The translations under genes and the position numbers were made by a program. A DNA stretch of 63,958 bases, filler included, from Octopus bimaculoides (Eukaryota), in assembly GCF_001194135.2 (NCBI RefSeq). It is 5 parts of 4 records of this genome, joined end to end, with 100 filler letters (N's around TTAATTAATTAA, not from the genome) between each part and the next. Parts side by side here need not be neighbours in the genome. Positions count along the whole stretch, not along the records: positions 1 to 31,220 come from NC_068988.1; 4 more parts are not named here. One strand, written 5' to 3'. The notes beneath the pieces are model-generated. The model saw only the letters and a program-made list of their open reading frames with translations, ran no database searches and was not told the DNA's origin. The first letter of the stretch is position 1, and every line of letters starts with the position of its first letter. Of the stretch, positions 11,601-22,146 are shown piece by piece.

Positions 11601-14303
11601 GCAATAAAAAACCACGCATTACATATTGAGAAGACTATAAACACCATAAATGTGATGTTTATTATATAGAAAGTGGAAGACACATAAACTGGTCACACAG
11701 TGCAGTTCGTTTAAATATGCGTTTGCTGCAGTCGAAGTTATGTGACGTTTAAGAAAACTGGCAGTTGATTTGGCTACCGAACAAGGGCCTATCTTTTACC
11801 ATTTACCTGTTTTAGTCATTTCACTACGGCCATGCTAGGGCACCGCCTATGTTTAAAGTATTTGTGCAAAGGTAATGCAAGTACAACACCAACTTTCTAA
11901 ATACTGATGGACTGGAACCTCTTATAATTCCTGCGACTGCCAGACTAGTTAACTTTACACAGACTGGGACCTTGCAAAGTACCGTATTAATCCGTTCTAC
12001 TAGAAGCACAGGGCCTCAAATTTGGGGGAAAGGATTAAGTCGATTACATCGACCCAGTGCATAACTAGTACTTATTTAATCAACCCCGAAAGGATGAAAG
12101 GCAAAGTCGACCTCGGCGGAATTTGAACTCAGAACGTAACGACAGACGAAATACCACTCAGCATTTCACCCGGCGTGCTACCGTTTCTGCCAGCTCGCCG
12201 CCTTTCGCTACCTTATTAATAATCCTGTACCGTTTATACTAATGTATTGGTACCTGTATTTCATTTAAGCATTTAAATTGATATTTGTTTAATCTATTCC
12301 GCCAAGGTCGACTTTGCCCTTCATCCTTTCCGGGTTGATAAAATAAGTACTAGTTACGCACTGGGGTCGATGTAATCGACTTAATCCCTCTCCCGAAATT
12401 GCTGGCCTTGTGCCAAAATTCGAAACCAATATTAGTTTAATGTAGGCTTTGGAACCAAAAGTTCCGGGAAATCGATTTTGTACCTGTATAAGTTTTAAAA
12501 TACATAAATATAATTAAGTCTGAGGAAACGGGTGCTGACACCAGACGGAGAGACAGCCTCGGTATGTGACGTGCCTCTTCTACTCCCCAACAGCATTCGA
12601 ACTTGACGAAGCACACGGATTTGAAAGATGTTTAAGCTTAAAGAGGAAAACCTAACTACTTCGAATGTTTTAAGTATTCACACCCAATAGTGGTAATGTT
12701 CTCGTCAAATGACTGTCATATTTCTAAGTTGATCCACAAAAGGCTAGGCATAAACTGCTGCTAATTGTAACTGAACGCGGGCGTTGCTACTACTGAGTGC
12801 AGTGCAATAATTTCATGAATATTTTATCTGTTACAACGATCTTTTTGCAAATAGGTTTACTCTGATTTTAAAATAGATTCTTTTTACGATGAAAAAAAAT
12901 TTTTTTTCACGTGAAATGGAATTGCCTGTTGGAATAAAACCGTGTCTGCCTTGAATTCTAGGATCAATTATTTTTTCTACAAAATATAAAATAAAAATTT
13001 GAGAATGCAAGGAAGCTTCTTCTTCTTCCTCAGAAGCTAAAGGATTCTTTTCTACTCTAGGCACAAGGCCCGAAATTTTTGGGGAGGGAGCCAGTCGATT
13101 CGATCGACCCAGTACGCAACTGGTACTTAATTTATAGACCCCGAAAGAATGAAAAGTCGACCTCGGCGGAATTTGAACTCGGAGGCAAAAGGATTTTTAC
13201 AGTTCTGATATCTTCGACAATTAATTTAATACTAATTTATCAAATTATAAAAGATATATAATCTATAAAATACTAAGATTAAAGATTATGTAGCGGATGA
13301 TGGACATGGCTGACATATCTTGTCTTCCGGAATTTAAAAATAAACCTTTAATTTACACTCGCCCACATAAAGCGTAAATGCAGTCAAAGGAAGGGCCGGT
13401 GCCCCAGCATGACCGAAGTCTAATGAATGAAGCAAGTAAAAGAAAAAATAAAAGAGGAATTAGCAGAAATTATGTGTTGTCTGGAATGTAGCAGGAGTGA
13501 ATCCAGAGACCTTAGTATCTGGTGGTGCATCAGTGCTAGTAATATTAATAGTAAGGATAATGCGGTGAGCTGGCAGAATGGTTAGCGACGCCGGGCGAAA
13601 TACGCAGCGGTATTTCGTCTGCCGTACGTTCTGAGTTCAATTTTCGCCGAGATCACATTTGCCTTTCATCCTTTCGGGGTCGATAAATTAAGTACCAGTT
13701 ACGCACTGGGTCGATGTAATCGACTGGTCCCCTCCCTCAAAATGTCGGGCCTTGTGCCTAGAGTAGAAAAGGAACGTTAGCACGCCGGCGAAATGCTTAG
13801 CGGTATTTCGTCTGTCTTTACGTTCTTAGTTCAAATTCCGCCGAGGTCTATTTTGCCTCTCATCCCTTTCGGGGTCGATAAGTTAAGTACCAGTTGAACA
13901 CTGGGGTTGGTCTAATCAACTTCATCCCTCCCCTGAAATTGCTAGCTTTTTACCAAATTTGAAATCATTATTGTGACTGCCCCTCAACCACAAAATTTCG
14001 GGCCTTGTGCCTAGAATAGAAAAGAATATTAATAGTAACGATGGACTCTGCCGTCTGAACGTTCAGCTTTTGGCGAACGACCCACACAAAAATGATTTGT
14101 TTATGGTGCTGTGCATCACCTCACTCGCTCCATCGAATCGATGTCGTCTGAACAGGTGCACGGTATGCCACGCGTCAGGTATTGATGTGATCGTAGAGTA
14201 ACTCGAGATGAAGTGTTTCGTTCAAGAACATAACGCACCGGCCGGTTTAGGAATTGAAACCACGATCTTGCGACCGCGAGGCCAACACCCTTACCATTAG
14301 GCA

Positions 14304-14340
<37 letters not shown>

Positions 14341-14542
14341 CGATGATGACGATGATGATGATGATGATGATGATGACCTGTTATAGACTCGAGCTGTAAA
14401 TTAAATGAAATATTTGATGATATAAAAAAAAGGAGTTTAAAGTAGGATTTGTCATATATTGAATACTTACGGGTGGTCCAGGGACACCTGGTAGGCCAAC
14501 AGGTCCCATTATACCCGATTGTCCTGGTGGACCAATTACGCC
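769..14542 (-). CDS. FACIT-like collagen alpha chain (COL9/16/21/22-like architecture), 3' ten exons, N-terminus not found
   Basis: Exons 14471-14542, 10907-10942, 10032-10088, 8883-8915, 7656-7802, 4782-4836, 3647-3748, 2861-2950, 2528-2605, 769-965. All have AG/GT boundaries and matching phases; 867 nt = 288 aa + TGA. Gly-X-Y domains are separated by short non-collagenous segments, and the protein ends [10 protein letters not shown]...NAIKGP*. Confidence 0.9.
1031..1191 (-). mobile_element. SINE family A copy (internally deleted)
   Basis: Reverse complement of head gagctggcagaatc, B-box gagttcaaatcc and core gtcgactttgc; abuts (CTA)n. Confidence 0.75.
1490..1810 (-). mobile_element. SINE family B copy
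   Basis: Reverse complement of head ggctgtgtggtaag..ggttccaggttcaagcc; homologous to 21045-21430. Confidence 0.8.
1929..2302 (-). mobile_element. SINE family B copy, full length
   Basis: Reverse complement of aggcgcaggggtggctgtgt...ggttctgggttcagtccc...gcggtcaaatgactgaaa; collinear with 21045-21430. Confidence 0.9.
2528..2605 (-). CDS. Collagen exon, 78 nt (COL1)
   Basis: ctctttcag|GT CCC AGG ... AGA ACA G|gtagag; [26 protein letters not shown]; phase 1-1. Confidence 0.92.
2861..2950 (-). CDS. Collagen exon, 90 nt (COL1)
   Basis: atgtttttag|GT GAG CGT ... CGT GTT G|gtaaga; [30 protein letters not shown]; phase 1-1. Confidence 0.92.
3647..3748 (-). CDS. Collagen exon, 102 nt (end of NC2, start of COL1); missed by the ORF track
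   Basis: aaattacag|AA CGT CTT ... ACC CCA G|gtaaga; (E)[33 protein letters not shown]; phase 1-1. Confidence 0.92.
4782..4836 (-). CDS. Collagen exon, 55 nt (NC2 coiled-coil); missed by the ORF track
   Basis: ccttctctttcag|GGT CGA AGC ... CTA AGA G|gtaagc; [18 protein letters not shown]; phase 0-1, exactly bridging the flanking exon phases. Confidence 0.88.
6911..7044 (-). mobile_element. SINE family A copy, 5'-truncated
   Basis: Near-identical to 13045-13181 (ctctagg.acaaggcccgaaattt...aaggcaaagtcgacct). Confidence 0.85.
7656..7802 (-). CDS. Collagen exon, 147 nt (COL2)
   Basis: ttcctgttcaaag|CCT GGT GAG ... CTA CCG|gtttgt; P + 16 Gly-X-Y triplets; phase 0-0; acceptor is AAG rather than YAG. 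Confidence 0.9.
8100..8326. mobile_element. hAT-family (Charlie-like) MITE
   Basis: Perfect 8-bp TSD GGTTAGAT at 8092-8099 and 8327-8334, with TA at positions 4-5; 14-bp TIRs CAGTACTTCCCAAA vs rc CAATGCTTTTCAAA (10/14). Confidence 0.85.
8535..8656. repeat. (CA)n microsatellite
   Basis: Direct reading; source of the six overlapping HT/CV ORFs. Confidence 0.98.
8883..8915 (-). CDS. Collagen micro-exon, 33 nt (COL2)
   Basis: ttatcgttttag|GGT CAG CCT GGA CAA AAT GGC CCC ACT GGA ATG|gtaagt; [11 protein letters not shown]; the G-M triplet is completed by the P that starts the next exon. Confidence 0.9.
10032..10088 (-). CDS. Collagen exon, 57 nt (non-collagenous interruption, NC3-like)
   Basis: ttcatttttag|GGA GAT ACA ... 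CCC CAG|gtaatt; [19 protein letters not shown]; phase 0-0, open frame, strong splice sites. Confidence 0.8.
10365..10732 (-). mobile_element. SINE family C copy
   Basis: 10375-10545 is near-identical to 16095-16262; tRNA-like head at the right end. Confidence 0.85.
10907..10942 (-). CDS. Collagen micro-exon, 36 nt
   Basis: gtgcatttccag|GGA CCT CCC ... GAC CGT|gtaagt; [12 protein letters not shown]; phase 0-0. Confidence 0.92.
11997..12203 (-). mobile_element. SINE family A copy, full length
   Basis: Reverse complement of aggcggcgagctggcagaaacggtagc...ctgagttcaaattccgccgaggtcgactttgcc. Confidence 0.92.
12297..12430 (+). mobile_element. SINE family A copy, 5'-truncated, inverted relative to the 11997 copy
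   Basis: ttccgccaaggtcgactttgcc...gctggccttgtgccaaaattcgaaacc. Confidence 0.9.
13045..13181 (-). mobile_element. SINE family A copy, 5'-truncated at the B-box
   Basis: cttttctactctaggcacaagg...cggcggaatttgaactc. Confidence 0.88.
13561..14030 (+). mobile_element. Head-to-tail tandem of SINE family A (two copies plus an extra tail)
   Basis: Copy 1 is 13561-13772. Copy 2 starts at aacgttagcacgccgg (~13773) and ends with the alternative tail ccaaatttgaaatc. A third tail-only piece lies at ~13980-14030. Confidence 0.88.
14471..14542 (-). CDS. Collagen exon, 72 nt (most upstream Gly-X-Y exon found)
   Basis: ttttacaatttcag|GGC GTA ATT ... CCA CCC|gtaagt; [24 protein letters not shown]; phase 0-0. 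Confidence 0.92.
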
Positions 14543-15281
14543 CTGAAATTGTAAAATAAAAAGAGAAAGGGAATTCAATAACGTTGATTGATAATTTTAA
14601 ATACTTCTTCAACAATACAGTTTTGTAATACAATACAACATTAAAAAGATAAATTTATCGTCTATAGTCGCCCTTTCTGCTGCTGGTTTCGTTGTCCTAA
14701 ACGAACAGGAATAATGGAGTAGAAGAAAACATAAAGAACATAAGTTTATCGTCTGCAATTCGTTTCGTTCACCTAAACGAATAGGAATTACAAAATACAA
14801 TGCAACATAAAGAACATAAGTTTATCGTGTGCAATCACACTTTGTGCTGTTGGTGTGTTGCCTTAAATGAACAGGAATACCAGAATAGAATACATTAGTA
14901 AGATAACTTTGGGCAAAAGGTAGCTTATTGCGTTGCTCGAAGGTTGCTTGCCATCACAATTCTAATTTTTAAAGGTAAGCATCTTTTTATAATTATATTT
15001 AATTACCATCGAAATAAATTAGAACAAACCGACAAGCAAATTTTGTGTCTGTCTGTCTGTTTGTTTGTCAGAGTACATGCTTATACTTTTAGAAAGAAAA
15101 AAGGCTGACAGTGACTTCGAAGTTTCGGCCTCCCCACTCTCATCATATATGTACGTATTTCTTAATTTACAAGCAATATTTTCAATCTAGACTACTTCTT
15201 TATACACATCACTAATTTTTGAAAATTCTGTGCTATTTTTTATGAAACTGATCTGGTTAAGTTAACACAACAGGATTTGAA

Positions 15282-15335
<54 letters not shown>

Positions 15336-15662
15336 AAGTGGAATGCAATCAGCGGTATACTAGGTTTTTGCAGCAGTAAATAAAATTAAATATTACGCAT
15401 TAACAATGTTATTTAATCCCAGGTCAGCACTGGTTGATCAGATCTATGATCAAAAACATCAATGTTCTCTGGTTAGTGTTGCCTTTCATATCTAGTTCTG
15501 TTCCCCAATCGGTAAGGGAAGTGAGTTGAGTGTTGCTTTCCCCAAACGTATTAAGTAACTGCAATTGGAACTCATTCTTGGCTTGTGGACATTATTCCCA
15601 ACAGAGTACTGCTTTTATTTCTTTTACTGAGGTATTGGCTTATCAAAAGGACGCTACAACAC

Positions 15663-15717
<55 letters not shown>

Positions 15718-16083
15718 CATACAGGGTTTCTCAAGAAATTCGACATTATCAACCTCAAATTCATCACCGTCAGCCTCGATTTCGTAATTATCAGTCATCA
15801 TTGCGTTGTCATTTGTCTCGATTTCGTCATCGTTGACTGCAATTTCGTCGTCAACGTAAATGTCGGAACCACAAGATGCAGCGATTCTTTGATGGACTGA
15901 CGACACTGAAATCAGTGATGACATTTTGCAGAATTGTAAAAGAATGTAAACATTAAAAGGTTTTGTAAAAGATTACAAATTTTGTTTAATAAAAATTGTC
16001 GCACCTTACATAACCGTAAATATACATCCGTTTAGTACATAAGATATAAAAGTAAATACCATACTAAAAAAAAAAAGAAAAAC

Positions 16084-16406
16084 TGACACTCCGTCGGTTA
16101 CGACGATGAGTACTCCAGTTGATCCGATCAACGGAACAGCCTGCTCGTGAAAGTAACATGCAAGTGGCTGAGCACTCCACAGACACGTGTACCCTTAACG
16201 TAGTTCTCAGGGAGATCAGCGTGACACCGAATGTGACAAGGCTGGCCCTTTTGAAATACAGGTACAATTCATTTTTGCTATCTGAGTGGAGTGAAGCAGC
16301 ATGAAACAAAGTGTCTTGCTCAAGGACACAACGCGTCGGCGGGAGTTGAACCCACGACCTTACGATCGTGAGCCAAATGCCCTAACCACTGAGCCATGCG
16401 TCTTCA
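16084..16406 (-). mobile_element. SINE family C copy, full length (tRNA-Arg-like head)
   Basis: Reverse complement of gaagacgcatggctcagtggttagggc..tcacgatc..gggttcaactccc; A/B boxes, ACG at the anticodon position. Confidence 0.9.
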
Positions 16407-17561
16407 CCATACTATACTATATTATATATATAACCCACTATACTATATATATAATAAAGGCCAGCTTGCTGTCGCTGTAATAGAAAAGTTGTTGATAACG
16501 AAATTAATGTCGACGTTGACGAATTTGAAGTTGCTAAAGTTTAACTATTTTTAATACGTCAAAAAGAAAACTAACACTTAACACTTTTCTTAAATATTAT
16601 TACTGCCTTCAACTCAGCATCTAATACACTAACAGTCATCACTGACATAGTCACTGCACTATTAACAACAACAACACCAACAACAATTTTTATCTTCACA
16701 CTTTTGGAAGAATAAAATATTTCTCCAGAAGTTCCCAATGCGATATTTCGACATCACCAAGTTGGCAACCTTACAACTAACTGTAAGGTATATTGGTTTC
16801 ATATTCACGCTGTTTTGCTATGATCTTTTTTCAATGTCCGGAAAGGAAGGAATCTTGCTTACAGAGCAGAGTTGATTGTGTAATATACAAACATTTACTC
16901 TTTAATGGAGAAAGTATATATTTCCAAAATAAAGTACAAATAGTCTCTTTCTATAAAAGCGAGTACAGTGTGTTTGTTTGTTTGTTTGTTTGTGTGTGTT
17001 CATTTTATTCAGAAACTTCAAAACGAACAACCACCTTAGCAGCATTTCTTCAGCTTTTTCATTCTAATTCCACCGAGGTCGACTTTGCCTTTCATCTTTT
17101 CGGGATTGACAAAATAAGTACCAGTCAATTACTGGGACTGATGTAATCAACTAACCCCTGGCCATCAAATTTCGGGCTTTGTGCCTCTAATAGTAAGAAT
17201 TATTCATCGTCTCATACTAGCAGATTGTAAAATATTTATTCCAAGAATAAACTATAGAAATACGTTTGACTTCAATTCTGAAATTCTACAATAATGTCCA
17301 AAAATGAAAGCAAATTTCCTTCCAGTTATCTCCCCTGTTTTCATTCTGTAATTAATCCATTATTGTTTCTATGACAGCATCAAAAGTCACTTCCAGCTCA
17401 GAACTATATATATGTGTATATATANNNNNNNNNNNNNNNNNNNNNNNNNNNNNNNNNNNNNNNNNNNNNNNNNNNNNNNNNNNNNNNNNNNNNNNNNNNN
17501 NNNNNNNNNNNNNNNNNNNNNNNNNNNNNNNNNNNNNNNNNNNNNNNNNNNNNNNNNNNNN

Positions 17562-17596
<35 letters not shown>

Positions 17597-18107
17597 CCGG
17601 GGATCCGAGTGTAAGAAGTTGGTTTGCTTTAAGTTGTGAGTGGCAGGGATACAGAACAAAAAGTGGACAGAGTACGATATGAAACAATAATAATTTATCG
17701 ACATCGGGAGTTTCTCACTTTTTTTCCCATATCGAAGTTGCGAGGAAATTCGATAAGCTGAGAGTTGCTATATGGCTCACAGTTAGCAACAAGATCTGCT
17801 ACAAATGCGGATAAAAATCCTAATTGATGGAGCGAGCGGAGCAGGTAAAAATGTACACTTAAGTAGCTGAATCTCTTGATGTAATAGTCCTGCAATAAGA
17901 TATGCTCAACGTAGCTACTCACCAGGCTGAGAATTCCTCCATGAAATGACGGTTCTATTATCGACCGGAATTTCCAAGTCAAAGACTTAGCTTGATGATG
18001 ACCCGGACTGAGCACACCCCGTTGCATAACTGTTACACCAAGAGGTTCAGGTAGCTAAGAACCATACGCAGCGTGCATCTTACCTGTTTCACTCCTGCAA
18101 TTTGGAT

Positions 18108-18145
<38 letters not shown>

Positions 18146-18819
18146 ATAGCTAGATAAGTATTTGTGTATATGGCTAATCAAATGATAAAAGAAGTAAAGA
18201 ACACACATAGACACACATCATATAAATGTAAACACAACTTGTGTGTGTGTGTCCCCGCTCCAGCTCAGCTTTAGTGTGTTCGTGTGTCATTTGAAACTCA
18301 CATGAATTAGACTCCACGGATCAAATAGATTCCGTTTTACTTTCACATAAGCAAGGTTATAATGTGGCTAAAAAAAGACAAAAACAAACAAACAAAAATA
18401 ACCAGACAAAAACAAAAACAAATAAACTTTGTTGTAATAACATTATTGAGTAAAGTTCTAAGATATTCTAAGACGGTTGTAATTTCGGAAAGGTGTGTGG
18501 TGCGTACAAATGTGTATTCCGGTGTGATGTGTCGAATTCCTCATCTGCAGCAATATCGTACCATTTTGTCTTAATATTCATAAATACAATAGCATACTGC
18601 ATTAATTCTTATGTTATCTACAATTGATATCACTAACAGAAGATGTAGGCCTACTCTTTATTCTATATTTAAACTAATGCCATTCGACGTTTAAACCAAT
18701 AACATAAAGTGTAAATTCTCCGTAGTCTGCTATTAATACTACGATTATAAAGACGCATCTCTATCCTTCACTCCATATTTAAATCTAGATCTCTATGTAT
18801 AGGTGGTTTTTCACCTCAA

Positions 18820-19750
18820 AATGTCTCGGCCAAAGTTCAAAGAGAACACCATCTGTAAAATATTCTGCAAAGGCTATAAAGAAGAAAGTAGTGCGATCTG
18901 GAGAAACGGAAGTTCGATAGGTGCATTTAGTTCGCATCAGGGTTTAAGCTGTTGTGATACGATTACAGGAATCAGAAACAAAAGGACAACATTGTTTGAA
19001 TTAAATAAAAGAATGTTGAAAGAGAATAAGCAATCGGAAAAGAATAATTTATTTATGGGGAGCCACTGAATAGCTCAACCAGTCACTGAACGATGACGGG
19101 AATATTATTAGGGGAGGCTGTCTCTCGTGTCAGCTCGCAGCGTCTGGCTTTCCGGTCTCTGTTGCTGAAGAGAAGATAACAATTCCGAAATGCATCTGCT
19201 TAGGGAGAGCTGGGAACTAACTTGGTGTATTTACACCTATTTATCTACAACGAGAAAATTTCTCCATGACAAAATACATGAAAGGCTTTCTTGCGGATTC
19301 GGATATGTTTCAAGCAGATTTGAACTGGTAACAAGTACACTGTTATGTAGTTTGAATGGAAGCAGGGTGTCTAAGAAATATATATTGGATGAGGGGTGAC
19401 TTTTTGTTTATAACACCACTAAATGCACAGCACAAGTCTTACACAGACAATCCAAAAGTGACCATTGGGCAAAATAAGTAAATGCTGTTAGCGTTGTGGT
19501 GCCTGAAGAAGGATCAGATTTATGCTACTCAGTTGGTAAAGTTGAATTGCTATTTTCGAACATACAATCTCGCATTTGAGACGACGTTTGAGACTGGCAA
19601 GAACATGATAGATAAAATCCAGGGATAGGCTGCCACTTAAAGGGCATTACCCAGTATGCAAGGCTAAAACGCGCCAAAAGATATTCTGGAAACTTTCTTT
19701 AAGAAACTGAAACCAACAACGAGGGGTAACCATTTTATAGAAGGTATAAA
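18820..19750 (+). mobile_element. Possible very old pogo/Tigger-like transposase remnant
   Basis: Scattered motifs in the expected order: TITGIRNKR (psq-like), QLAASGFPVS..EK (CENP-B HTH-like), KYILDEG (first catalytic Asp-like). No TIRs identified. Confidence 0.35.
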
Positions 19751-20074
19751 CGGAAAGATGGAGGCAAGGTAACATATCTATAAGTTCAAGGAGAGGAGTT
19801 CACTTTGAACAATCGTTAAGTGGTCCCTCTCAGCAATTTGTTGTGTAACTTTCTAAAGGTACTCTTCAGTGTTGAGTACAACAGTTCTGTGACAGCAATC
19901 ATATGTGTCACAAAGTATGTTAATAAGAGCAGTGACATAGACATCTTTGTTACTGACACGAATTGAGGGAAGGTTGGATTTAGTCAAACTGTGTCAGACA
20001 GGTTGGTACATTCTCGGTAACGAAGGTACCTGGAGGGGTATTTATATTTGGCATCGAAAAAAATGCAGTCAACA

Positions 20075-20793
20075 TAAGCTGGCAGAATCGTTTGCATGCC
20101 GGGCGAAATTCATAGTGACATTTCGTCCGTCTTTACGTCCTGCGTTCAAATTCCACCGAGATCGACTTAGCCTTTCATTCCTTTCGAGATCGATAGAATA
20201 AGTACCATGTTGAGTACTGGGGTCGATGTAATCGACTTATTCCCCACCCCCGAACTTGCTGGCGTTGTGCTAAAATTTGAAACCAATATCTCAAGAATTG
20301 GGAACCCTGATAGTCTTTTTATCATACATAATAACTACAAGGCAAAAACCAAGAATATTGTTTATTCTCAAGTTTTGGAATGAATTAATGTACGAGAAAA
20401 TTTTCCTGTAATTCCCACATTGGTGAGAACTACACCAACATCTTATTTTGTCGGTAAAATAATTCGTCTTCTGTACCAAAATCTGTACCAAATTCTTCAA
20501 AGTATTACTTTGATACAACAACCAAACGTCACAGAGCTTCTTTGTTAGTACGAAAATAATATCGTGTTAAGATGAAGGCAGCGAGCTGGCAGAAACGTTA
20601 GCACACCGGGCGAAATGCTTAGCGGTATTTCGTCTGCCGTGACGTTCTGGGTTCAAAATCCGCCGAAGTCTAATATGCCTTTCATCCTTTCGGGGGTCGA
20701 TAAATTAAGTACCAGTTGCGTACTGGAGTCGATGTAATCGACTGGCCCCCTCCCTCAAAATTTCGGGCCTTGTACCTAGAGTAGAAAAGAATA
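20075..20793 (+). mobile_element. Two SINE family A copies (20075-20288 and 20573-20793)
   Basis: Both have the agctggcagaa head and gttcaaa B-box; they carry the two alternative 3' tails. Confidence 0.9.
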
Positions 20794-21044
20794 TAGAGTT
20801 AAGATTTTATGTTGAAAGTTGTTTTCCTTTTGCTAACTTTTTCAACTTAATTTCAAACCAAACAATTTTTATGTTTATTTCCCACGGAAGTACAAGGTCT
20901 TATATTGCTTCCAGCACTGTTCAATAACGAACGGAAACAGAAATCATTAACGGAATTTTAGAGTAATTAAGCAAAATCTCAATTCGAAGGCGTCTTCTAA
21001 TTAATCTCTCTTTCTCTTTATACATATTTAAGGGCGCAGTTTAA

Positions 21045-22146
21045 GGGCGCAGGCGTGGCTGTGTGGTAAGAATCTTGCTTCCCAACCATATGGCTCCCAG
21101 TTCAGTCCCGCTGCGTGACTCCTTGGGCAAGTGTCTTCTGCTATAGCCTCGGGCAACCAAAACCTTGTGAGTGGATTTGGAATACGGAAACTGAAAGAAG
21201 CCTGTCGTGCGTGTGTGTGTGTTTATCCACTCCCCCACTTGACAAGCGGTGTTGGTGTGTTTACGTCTCCGTAGCTTGTCAGTTCCACAAAAGAGACCAA
21301 TAGAATAAGTAGTAGGCTTTAAAAAATAAGAACTGGGGTAGATTCCTTCGACTAAAATTCTTCAAGATGGTGCTCTAGCATGGCCGCAGTCTAATGACTG
21401 AAACAAGTCAAAGAATAAAAGGTAAAAAAATAAAGGATAAAAAAAGCGAATGGACCAACTCAAAGTCCTCAGCGAAGTCCAGACGCCATTATGCATGGGT
21501 TTAGGGGTTGTTTATATGAGAACAATCTTTTGTTGATGAAAGGATGGATTCGCTGGAATAAATTGTGGTGAGGCAGGGAGCTGGTAGAATCGGTAGAGCG
21601 TCGGGCGAAATGCTTAGCAGTATTTCGTCCATCCCTACGTCCTGAGTTCAAATTCCGCTGAGGTCAACTTCGCCTTTTATCCTTTAGGGGTCGATGAAAT
21701 AATCACCACTGGGGCTGATCCTTTGAATTACAGGTACAAATAATTTTTGTAGCTGTGAATACAGGCACGACTCCTTTTTGTCACCTGAGTAGGTTGGAGC
21801 AACGTGAAATGAAGTGTCTTGCTTAAGGACAAAGACACAACGCGCCGCCGAGAATCGAACTCACAGCCACACGATCTTGAACCAAACACCCTAACCATTA
21901 AGCCATACACCTCCCCCTCAGGATTATAACAGAAGACACTTGTCCAAGGTACAGCACAGTGGGACTGAACCTAAAACTATATTCGAAATTTTGGGGTGAG
22001 GTGGGGGCAGTCGATTAGATCGACCCTGAAAGGATGAAAGGCAAAGTCAATCTTGGCGGAATTTGAACTCAGAACGTGAAGACAAACGAAATGCCGCCGG
22101 CCATTTCGCCCGATGCGCTAACGCTTCTGCCGTCTCCTCGCCGCCT
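21045..22146. mobile_element. SINE pile-up: B(+) 21045-21430, A(+) 21572-21705, C(-) 21720-21912, A(-) 21985-22146
   Basis: Recognised by collinearity with the full-length copies elsewhere in the window; boundaries approximate. Confidence 0.85.

Noticed and set aside
11430-11612. Segment resembling a LINE 3' UTR (ends cccttgtgggcaataaaaa); similar style at 63700-63820
   Set aside because: No linked coding motif, so the family cannot be supported from this window.
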